A stretch of 64,000 nucleotides of DNA. It comes from Macrostomum lignano. Lineage: Eukaryota. This document shows, in pieces, positions 21,700 to 47,800 of this stretch. The stretch's first letter is position 1, and each line of letters opens with the position of its first letter. The notes under the pieces were generated by a model that saw nothing but the letters and a program-made list of their open reading frames with translations, had not been told where the DNA came from and searched no databases. The position numbers and the translations under genes were made by a program. The stretch is from assembly GCA_002269645.1 (NCBI GenBank), contig NIVC01000244.1:364848-428847 (forward strand), given 5' to 3'.

Positions 21700-22144
21700 G
21701 GTAACCAAACAATGACTCAGAAATTCGTGTTTTTGTGTTTTTAAACTGAACAACTGCAGTCAGACAGAAAATGGAGCTGCTGGGACGAATGGCTGCTCCA
21801 GGTTCTGGTTCTGGGTCTTCTTGGCTGAGCGGACCGCATAAGACAAAGCTGTGGCCTCTAGCGCTAGCTCTGTTTACAGTATTAACAGGTGGACAAGGGA
21901 TTTAGTAGCTGCGCCCTCTAGAGGTCCCGCCCAGAGAGTCGTCAGCCTAAATCACCACAGCTGCGTTGCTGCGGCCAGACAAAAGCCCAGCCTGTTACAG
22001 CAGATCAGCTAGCTGTAGCCCAGCCCTCCTTGTCATGATTCAAGACCTAAGTTTAGCTGTCTGACTCATCTGGCGGTCTCTTGGAGCCAGCGAATAGAGA
22101 ACAATAAGCTGGCAGTGGACTGATTCTATAACTGCGACTTATTA

Positions 22145-22581
22145 TTAGGGTGAACCAAAAGTTCGTGCGTTTTTCTGACTTAAAATAGACAGAATAGGTC
22201 GGTAGGTCGACCAGAACGTGGCCGAACTTCGAGGCTCGTGTCGCCACTCGAAAAGCGCTGGTACCACTTCTGTGCTGTTCTGTCCTGAAGGGCATCCTGC
22301 CCTTCAGTTTCGCGAATCTTTTGAGCTGCGTCCGTTGCTGTGAAGCCGAGCTTCCAGTAATGTCGCAGAATAGCGAGATTATCGCGACTGGTAGCACTCA
22401 TTTCAGTAGAGCTGACAGTGGCTGGAAATATTTACCAGAATTAAAACATGCGTGGTTTGGTTCGGCAAAATATGCTCTTTCGAATGAGACGTCACTTGAT
22501 TATGTATGTTGTTCATGAGAGAAATAATAAGCGCCTAAAAATGTGCATACAAAAAGCGCACGGACTTTTGGTTCACCTCAG
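22145..22581 (-). mobile_element. Internally deleted mariner (Tc1/mariner) element, 437 bp, with TIRs and a truncated transposase HTH ORF (22180-22401)
   Basis: About 30-bp imperfect TIRs (TTAGGGTGAACCAAAAGTTCGTGCG / CTGAGGTGAACCAAAAGTCCGTGCG), TA on both flanks; ORF ILRHYWKLGFTATDAAQKI..RTAQKWYQRFSSGDTSLEVRPRSGRP is a typical mariner N-terminus. Confidence 0.92.
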
Positions 22582-22666
22582 TATTAATAGTTATTATTTA
22601 GCAGGTTGGATTCGGGAAAATCAAAGCGATAGTCGACTGGTGGCATGCCAAGGACTGCAATACGGT

Positions 22667-23220
22667 GTGTGCGTGTGTATGAATGTGTATGTGAATTTGT
22701 GTGTGAATGTGTATGTGAACTTGTGTGTGAATGTGTGTGTGAATGTGTATGTGAATGTGTGCATGAATGTGTATGTGAATGTGTTTGTGAATGTGTATGT
22801 GAATGTGTGCATGAACATGTATGTGAATGTGTGTGTGAATGTGTATGTGAATGTGTACATGAATGTGTATGTGAATGTGTGCATGAATGTGTATGTGAAT
22901 GTGTATGTGAATGTGTATGTGAATGTGTGCATGAACATGTATGTGAATGTGTGTGTGAATGTGTATGTGAATGTGTGCATGAATGTGTATGTGAATTTGT
23001 GAATGAATGTGTGTGTGTGAATGTGTATGTGAATGTGTGCATGAATGTGTATGTGAATGTGTGCATGAATGTGTATGTGAATGTGTGCATGAATGTGTAT
23101 GTGAATGTGTGCATGAATGTGTATGCGAATGTGTGCATGAATGTGTATGTGAATGTGTGCATGAATGTGTGTGTGAATGTGTATGTGAATGTGTGCATGA
23201 ACGTGTATGTGAATGTGTGT
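22667..23220. repeat. GTGAATGTGT(AT/GCAT) 12-nt-based minisatellite
   Basis: Direct inspection. Confidence 0.95.
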
Positions 23221-23650
23221 GAAGGTACCAGACCAAGCAAACAAACATCCGGATTCCGTACACTGCAGTCCATTCAAAGTGTGCGGCCGTGGCACTACTG
23301 AATCGAGTCCAGTTAAGGTTGGCGCGAGAATCAGACGACGGCCACCATCTGCAATTCCTTTCACTGTCTAACACTGTATAAAGCAGCTGCTTCAAATACG
23401 TACACGAAGTTGGTTAATCCAAAGCCAGTCAGCAGTCAATTGCACGGCACCCTCGCAACTAAGCATTTAAGCTACAGCAGCAGTCTAACGTACCCATAAA
23501 AATAACGATTACTTAAAGCCGGTCAGTACCGCCACCACACAGACAGACATTCATGACTTGGCAATGGGCCAGATTCAGTTCAAAACCAGAATGCCTTTCA
23601 AGATATCAAATGTAAAATAATAGTGCGGGGCTTGTCCAATGAGGGGGTTA

Positions 23651-26336
23651 GGGAATTCCCGGTCGGTAGTTCTGTCAGATAAACGGATTTGTTAACGAAG
23701 GGGAATTCCCAGTCGGTAGTTCTGTCAGATAAACGGATTTGTTAACGAAGGGGAATTCCCAGTCGGTAGTTCTGTCAGATAAACGGATTTGTTAACGAAG
23801 GGGAATTCCCAGTCGGTAGTTCTGTCAGATAAACGGATTTGTTAACGAAGGGGAATTCCCAGTCGGTAGTTCTGTCAGATAAACGGATTTGTTAACGAAG
23901 GGGAATTCCCAGTCGGTAGTTCTGTCAGATAAACACGGATTTGTTAAGGAAGAGGAATTCCCCAGTTCGTAGTTCTGTCAGATAAACACGGATTTATTAA
24001 GGAAGAGGAATTCCCCAGTTCGTAGTTCTGTCAGATAAACACGGATTTATTAAGGAAGGGGAATTCCCCCAGTCGGTAGTTCTGTCAGATAAAAACGGAT
24101 TTATTAAGGAAGGGGAATTCTCACAGTCGGTAGTTCTGTCAGATAAACACGGATTTATTAAGGAAGAGGAATTCTCACAGTCGGTAGTTCTGTCAGATAA
24201 AAACGGATTTATTAAGGAAGGGGAATTCTCACAGTCGGTAGTTTCTGTCAGATAAACACGGATTTGTTAAGGAAGGGGAATTCCCCAGTTCGTAGTTCTG
24301 TCAGATAAAAACGGATTTATTAAGGAAGAGGAATTCCCCAGTTCGTAGTTCTGTCAGATAAACACGGATTTATTAAGGAAGAGGAATTCCCCAGTTCGTA
24401 GTTCTGTCAGATAAAAACGGATTTATTAAGGAAGAGGAATTCCCCAGTTCGTAGTTCTGTCAGATAAACACGGATTTGTTAAGGAAGGGGAATTCTCACA
24501 GTCGGTAGTTCTGTCAGATAAACACGGATTTGTTAAGGAAGGGGAATTCCCCCAGTCGGTAGTTCTGTCAGATAAACACGGATTTATTAAGGAAGGGGAA
24601 TTCTCACAGTCGGTAGTTCTGTCAGATAAACACGGATTTGTTAAGGAAGGGGAATTCTCACAGTCGGTAGTTCTGTCAGATAAACACGGATTTGTTAAGG
24701 AAGGGGAATTCTCACAGTCGGTAGTTCTGTCAGATAAACACGGATTTGTTAACGAAGGGGAATTCCCAGTCGGTAGTTCTGTCAGATAAACACGGATTTG
24801 TTAAGGAAGGGGAATTCCCCAGTTCGTAGTTCTGTCAGATAAACACGGATTTATTAAGGAAGGGGAATTCCCCCAGTCGGTAGTTCTGTCAGATAAAAAC
24901 GGATTTACAGTGTATTAAGGAAGGGGAATTCTCACAGTCGGTAGTTCTGTCAGATAAACACGGATTTGTTAAGGAAGGGGAATTCCCAGTCGGTAGTTCT
25001 GTCAGATAAACGGATTTGTTAACGAAGGGGAATTCCCAGTCGGTAGTTCTGTCAGATAAACACGGATTTGTTAAGGAAGGGGAATTCCCCAGTTCGTAGT
25101 TCTGTCAGATAAACACGGATTTATTAAGGAAGGGGAATTCCCCCAGTCGGTAGTTCTGTCAGATAAAAACGGATTTACAGTGTATTAAGGAAGGGGAATT
25201 CTCACAGTCGGTAGTTCTGTCAGATAAACACGGATTTGTTAAGGAAGGGGAATTCCCAGTCGGTAGTTCTGTCAGATAAACGGATTTGTTAACGAAGGGG
25301 AATTCCCAGTCGGTAGTTCTGTCAGATAAACACGGATTTGTTAAGGAAGGGGAATTCCCAGTTCGTAGTTCTGTCAGATAAACACGGATTTATTAAGGAA
25401 GGGGAATTCCCCAGTCGGTAGTTCTGTCAGATAAAAACGGATTTACAGTGTATTAAGGAAGGGGAATTCTCACAGTCGGTAGTTCTGTCAGATAAACACG
25501 GATTTGTTAAGGAAGGGGAATTCCCCCAGGCGGTAGTTCTGTCAGATAAACACGGATTTATTAAGGAAGGGGAATTCTCACAGTCGGTAGTTCTGTCAGA
25601 TAAACACGGATTTGTTAAGGAAGGGGAATTCTCACAGTCGGTAGTTCTGTCAGATAAACACGGATTTGTTAAGGAGGGGGAATTCTCACAGTCGGTAGTT
25701 CTGTCAGATAAACACGGATTTGTTAAGGAAGAGGAATTCCCCAGTTCGTAGTTCTGTCAGATAAACACGGATTTATTAAGGAAGGGGAATTCCCCCAGTC
25801 GGTAGTTCTGTCAGATAAACACGGATTTATTAAGGAAGGGGAATTCTCACAGTCGGTAGTTCTGTCAGATAAACACGGATTTGTTAAGGAAGGGGAATTC
25901 TCACAGTCGGTAGTTCTGTCAGATAAACACGGATTTGTTAAGGAAGGGGAATTCTCACAGTCGGTAGTTCTGTCAGATAAACACGGATTTGTTAAGGAGG
26001 GGGAATTCCCGTCGGTAGTTCTGTCAGATAAACACGGATTTGTTAAGGAAGGGGAATTCCCGTCGGTAGTTCTGTCAGATAAACACGGATTTGTTAACGA
26101 AGGGGAATTCCCAGTCGGTAGTTCTGTCAGATAAACACGGATTTGTTAAGGAGGGGGAATTCCCGTCGGTAGTTCTGTCAGATAAACACGGATTTGTTAA
26201 GGAAGGGGAATTCCCGTCGGTAGTTCTGTCAGATAAACACGGATTTGTTAACGAAGGGGAATTCCCAGTCGGTAGTTCTGTCAGATAAACACGGATTTGT
26301 TAAGGAAGGGGAGTTCCCCAGTCGGTAGTTCTGTCA
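23651..26336. repeat. About 49-53-nt minisatellite (GTCGGTAGTTCTGTCAGATAAACACGGATTTGTTAAGGAAGGGGAATTCCCA), about 52 copies
   Basis: Near-identical tandem units, nearly all carrying GAATTC; no unique spacers. Confidence 0.97.
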
Positions 26337-26711
26337 AGCACTTATGCAATTTGACAAAAGCAACAAAAAAGCAAGCCAAAACTTCATTCAAATTTTCCTC
26401 AGACACACTTTCAAGCCTGAATCGCAGAATTTAGGAAGCTGCAGGCAAATTAGCGTAGGGGATTTGGCGTTTATTATAATTTTTCGATTAAAAGTAGATA
26501 TGATTGAATAATTAAGTCAAAAAGTCAAAGTTTTAATAAAACAAAAAATAGTTTTGACAATGAGACACAGAAAACACGGAGCTAATTTTTCCGTTCAGAA
26601 TTTGCAATTGCAAAGCTTTGTAAAAGCAGTAATATATTAGCATAAAATTTATACGCTGCGTACATGACAGCCCTCAGACCTTGAGCCAGACTATAACCCG
26701 CTGCCAAACAC

Positions 26712-27049
26712 CGCGGACCAATTGCAGCGGCCCGACTTACATCACGTGATCAAATATTGCACGCCGCAGCGCCCCACCCCAAAAACTCCTACCCCAGTGT
26801 GACAATCCGCGGTCCAATTGCAGCAAGGCCTGGCCCCAATCACGTGATCAAATATTGCACGCCGCAGCGCCCCACCCCAAAAACTCCTACCCCAGTGTGG
26901 CAATCCGCGGTCCAATTGCAGCAAGGCCTGGCCCCAATCACGTGATCAAATATTGCACGCCCCAGCGCCTCACCTAAAAAAACTCCTACCCCAGTGTGGC
27001 AATCCGCGGTCCAATTGCAGCAAGGCCTGGTCCCAATCACGTGATCAAA
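26712..27049. repeat. 98-bp tandem repeat, about 3.4 copies, palindrome-rich
   Basis: ATCACGTGATC at 26741, 26839, 26937 and 27036. Confidence 0.92.
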
Positions 27050-27958
27050 TTTTTTGTACTGAAAACCTAAGCTGAAAAACGAACGATTGATTGATTTCCT
27101 CTTTCATACCGAAAATCCTGGAAAAAATAGGCTAAAAGAGACACAAAAAGTACAATCTGGGCCAAAAAGCTAAAAGTACACAAAAAACAACAATAGGTAA
27201 GAATTGTTGGGGAAACTGCTGCAGGAAAAAGGAAAAAAGCCAACAATCAAGCAACACTAAAAAAGCAGAAAAATCATACGCAAACAAATTACCATAGCAA
27301 CAACACACATATACGAGCGTAATATTGTGTTCGGCGTTCAATTAGCATGACAAAAAATTAAAATTGCATTGTAAAGGCAGACAACGGCCGACAACTAATA
27401 TAAAGTTCAAATATATTAGAGTTTTACGAATAGTAATAATATTAACTGCCAAATAATAAAAGTTCAGCTTGTACAATAATTCAATCACAAACCAGCATAA
27501 TGTGAACAATCAGAGAAAACAAAACATCGTGCATTGAATAAATTAAAAACAGATTAAACAGCACACAGAAAGCAGCCCTACAAAGCGGGCATTTATTGAT
27601 TTTATTGTGTACAAGGATCTGAGAGAAAAAGTTAGTTATATAGCTGCAGTTTTGTGGGAGACATAGATATACTACTGTTTGCATTGATTTAAGCACAATT
27701 TTCAAGCAATACTACTTAGATAGCCATGTAGTAGTAAAAGAGGGATCAAGATAAAAGTGAAGAAGCCTAAAATAAGCTTAATTAAGCATAGCCAGTTTAG
27801 TATAAGCTAGCAACCCTCGCAAACCAAGTCATTTTTTGCGCTCTATATCGACTTGTTTAAAACTGCCGATATGTATCGATAGATTTGTTTTGTAAAAACA
27901 AATTGTTTGGTTTGTTTTGTATTGTTGTAAAAACACCACTGATGCGATATCAATGTTA

Positions 27959-28413
27959 TAGCACAAATACAAAAATAACCTAGATGGGCCACTCAGGCAC
28001 ATATACTTAATAAAACAGCTTTCTGCTTCCAGTTCAGTAGCAAAGAAGAATACATAAGCTATTTCATAAAAATAAAGGCAGATGAAACGACTTTGAAAAG
28101 TTTAGAAGCCCAAGCTTGAAAGCGGTAAACAACTTGCTAATTGGTTCAGCAATAATATACATTAGCCAGTCCACGGAAATGTACATGGCAGCTTTAGGCT
28201 GGAATTCCGAGAAAGGCAATAAAACTTGGGGTGGGGCGGGGGGTTAATGTGGAAAGGCGCAGTTGGAGGGTTTAAGCTTGGGGGTAAGAGCCAATAAATG
28301 ACTCTTGACTTTAAAAATAAATTAAAATGCTTCTGTTTAACTACTGAACTGAAAGTAGTTTGCACGCAAACGTGCTGAGTGGCCCATCTAGTTATTCTGG
28401 TATCTGTGTGTTA
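27959..28413. mobile_element. MITE-like element, copy 1 (about 455 bp, long imperfect TIRs)
   Basis: TAACCTAGATGGGCCACTCAGGCAC at the left and GTGCTGAGTGGCCCATCTAGTTA at the right, plus subterminal inverted CTACTGAACTGAAAGTAG; inverted homologue at 61187-61633. Confidence 0.85.
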
Positions 28414-28836
28414 TAGAGGTGCTTAAGAAGACAGTTCATTTGATTGAATTAGACAAAAAGCGAGAGAAGAGGAGATCTACCTCTTCTAGAGGAGGAGATA
28501 GGGAAAACTACCTTTGCCAAGGAAAAATACGAAAAAGCTGCATGAAGGCAAGAGCAAAAGGCTTGGTTCATTCCTTTTTTCCAAAAGCATAACTGTTAAG
28601 CAATTGCATTAGGCAGCAGGTGCCACGGTTAAAGATAAAATTAATATCATGTACATAAATATAGAGCCACTATTGACACAACAAACAACTACGATATTGG
28701 CTTTTTGGCCAGAGTAGATCAAAGCATGGCTTAAATAATGCGGGCCTACCATTTTTAGCATGCAATTCAGTGGCTTAAACATTTGACCTGCTGATCAGAT
28801 AAAACGAGGTCACGAGCATGATCAATAATGACACTT

Positions 28837-31355
28837 CCCAGTCTAGCAATCCACTCTCCACAGTCTAGCAATCCACTCTCCTCAGTCTAGCAATCCACTC
28901 TCCCCAGTCTAGCAATCCACTCTCCCCAGTCTAGCAATCTACTCTCCCCAGTCTAGCAATCCACTCTCCCCAGTCTAGCAATCCACTCTCCCCAGTCTAG
29001 CAATCCACTCTCCCCAGTCTAGCAATCCACTCTCCCCAGTCTAGCAATCCACTCTCCCCAGTCTAGCAATCCACTCTCCCCAGTCTAGCAATCCACTCTC
29101 CCCAGTCTAGCAATCCACTCTCCCCAGTCTAGCAATCTACTCTCCCCAGTCTAGCAATCCACTCTCCCCAATCTAGCAATCCACTCTCCCCAGTCTAGCA
29201 ATCCACTCTCCCCAGTCTAGCAATCCACTCTCCCCAGTCTAGCAATCCACTCTCCCCAGTCTAGCAATCCACTCTCCCCAGTCTAGCAATCCACTCTCCT
29301 CAGTCTAGCAATCCACTCTCCTCAGTCTAGCAATCCACTCTCCCCAGTCTAGCAATCTACTCTCCCCAGTCTAGCAATCCACTCTCCCCAATCTAGCAAT
29401 CCACTGTCCCCAGTCTAGCAATCCACTTTCCCCAGTCTAGCAATCCACTCTTCCCAGTCTAGCAATCCACTCTCTCCAGTCTAGCAATCCACTCTCCCCA
29501 GTCTAGCAATCCACTCTCCCCAGTCTAGCAATCCACTCTTCCCAGTCTAGCAATCCACTCTCCCCAGTCTAGCAATCCACTCTCCCCAGTCTAGCAATCC
29601 ACTCTCCCCAGTCTAGCAATCCACTCTCCCCAGTCTAGCAATCTACTCTCCCCAGTCTAGCAATCCACTCTCCCCAATCTAGCAATCCACTCTCCCCAGT
29701 CTAGCAATCCACTCTCCCCAGTCTAGCAATCCACTCTCCCCAGTCTAGCAATCTACTCTCCCCAGTCTAGCAATCCACTCTCCCCAATCTAGCAATCCAC
29801 TCTCCCCAGTCTAGCAATCCACTCTCCCCAGTCTAGCAATCCACTCTCCCCAGTCTAGCAATCTACTCTCCCCAGTCTAGCAATCCACTCTCCCCAGTCT
29901 AGCAATCCACTCTCCCCAGTCTAGCAATCCACTCTCCCCAGTCTAGCAATCCACTCTCCCCAGTCTAGCAATCCACTCTTCCCAGTCTAGCAATCCACTC
30001 TCCTCAGTCTAGCAATCCACTCTCCCCAGTCTAGCAATCTACTCTCCCCAGTCTAGCAATCCACTCTCCCCAATCTAGCAATCCACTCTCCCCAGTCTAG
30101 CAATCCACTCTCCCCAGTCTAGCAATCCACTCTCCCCAGTCTAGCAATCCACTCTCCCCAGTCTAGCAATCTACTCTCCCCAGTCTAGCAATCCACTCTC
30201 CTCAGTCTAGCAATCCACTCTCCCCAGTCTAGCAATCTACTCTCCCCAGTCTAGCAATCCACTCTCCCCAATCTAGCAATCCACTCTTCCCAGTCTAGCA
30301 ATCCACTCTCCCCAGTCTAGCAATCCACTCTCCCCAGTCTAGCAATCCACTCTCCCCAGTCTAGCAATCCACTCTCCTCAGTCTAGCAATCCACTCTCCT
30401 CAGTCTAGCAATCCACTCTCCCCAGTCTAGCAATCTACTCTCCCCAGTCTAGCAATCCACTCTCCCCAATCTAGCAATCCACTTTCCCCAGTCTAGCAAT
30501 CCACTTTCCCCAGTCTAGCAATCCACTCTCCCCAGTCTAGCAATCCACTCTCCTCAGTCTAGCAATCCACTCTCCCCAGTCTAGCAATCCACTCTCCCCA
30601 GTCTAGCAATCTACTCTCCCCAGTCTAGCAATCCACTCTCCCCAATCTAGCAATCCACTGTCCCCAATCTAGCAATCCACTTTCCCCAGTCTAGCAATCC
30701 ACTTTCCCCAGTCTAGCAATCCCCTCTCTCCAGTCTAGCAATCCACTCTCCCCAGTCTAGCAATCCACTCTCCCCAGTCTAGCAATCCACTCTTCCCAGT
30801 CTAGCAATCCACTCTCCCCAGTCTAGCAATCTACTCTCCCCAGTCTAGCAATCCACTCTCCCCAGTCTAGCAATCCACTCTCCCCAGTCTAGCAATCCAC
30901 TCTTTCTCCAGTCTAGCAATCCACTCTCCCCAGTCTAGCAATCCACTCTCCCCAGTCTAGCAATCCACTCTCCCCAGTCTAGCAATCCACTCTCCCCAGT
31001 CTAGCAATCCACTCTTCCCAGTCTAGCAATCCACTCTCCCCAGTCTAGCAATCCACTCTCCCCAGTCTAGCAATCCACTCTCCCCAGTCTAGCAATCCAC
31101 TCTCCCCAGTCTAGCAATCCACTCTCCCCAGTCTAGCAATCCACTCTCCCCAGTCTAGCAATCCACTCTCCCCAGTCTAGCAATCCACTCTCCCCAGTCT
31201 AGCAATCCACTCTCCCCAGTCTAGCAATCCACTCTTCCCAGTCTAGCAATCCACTCTCCCCAGTCCAGCAATCCACTCTCTCCAGTCCAGCAATCCACTC
31301 TTCCCAGTCTAGCAATCCACTCTCCCCAGTCTAGCAATCCACTCTCTCCAGTCCA
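28837..31355. repeat. 22-nt minisatellite (CAGTCTAGCAATCCACTCTCCC), about 114 copies, immediately 3' of the SLC7 stop
   Basis: Period 22 counted at 28861, 28883 and 28905. Confidence 0.98.
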
Positions 31356-31364
31356 GCAACCCGT

Positions 31365-47244
<15,880 letters not shown>

Positions 47245-47800
47245 TTAACTTTGCCTAAAAAATTAAGATTAATGGCAATAATTTAGCATATTATTTGTAT
47301 TTAGTATATGAATGGTTCAAAAGATATTTCTATTTTTAACAGAAAAATCATTCAGTTGATTACTTAAATCTAAAAATTAAAACTAATTTTAGGCTTTTTA
47401 TTTTAACAAGAATTTACTTAAATCATAAGTTTTAATTCTCAAGTCTAAATTAATAAGAAAGTTAAGAAACTGAATTCTAAAAATAATTGGAAACTAAAAA
47501 CAATAACAAAGATTTTTTATCCCTGCCAGATAAAATTAGATTTTTGTGTTATACAAATGAAAATGAGAAAAATAATAACTTAGTATGACTAAGAAAAATA
47601 TTAATCTTTAATCAAGAACAGTTCATAATTTATTAAAAACGAGAATCATTTTTAAAGACAGTTATTATAAAATAACGCAATGCATAATAAGCATGTTTAG
47701 AATACTTACGGGATAGTAAAATGTTTTTTGACAATGCAGTTATGTAGTTATGTGAGTCTTAAAATAGTGAAGTTAAGACCTTTGACCAATCGTGAACTAT
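47245..47800 (-). other. Probable SLC7 5'-UTR intron (47255-47709) and upstream non-coding exon ending at 47710
   Basis: Acceptor tttttag| 10 nt before the ATG; consensus donor gtaagta at 47709-47703. The exon's 5' boundary is unknown. Confidence 0.5.

Noticed and set aside
21771-21905. 44-aa ORF with a hydrophobic end (possible first exon)
   Set aside because: Weak donor and no downstream + strand exons found.
22584-23395. His-rich or Cys-rich (CECV, HTHS) ORFs, and similar ORFs at 2697-3288, 35348-36827, 37315-37830, 56509-57214, 57596-60197 and 63165-63997
   Set aside because: Simple-repeat translations.
23651-26336. CRISPR-like array
   Set aside because: Units are directly tandem with no unique spacers, there are no cas genes, and the context is eukaryotic.
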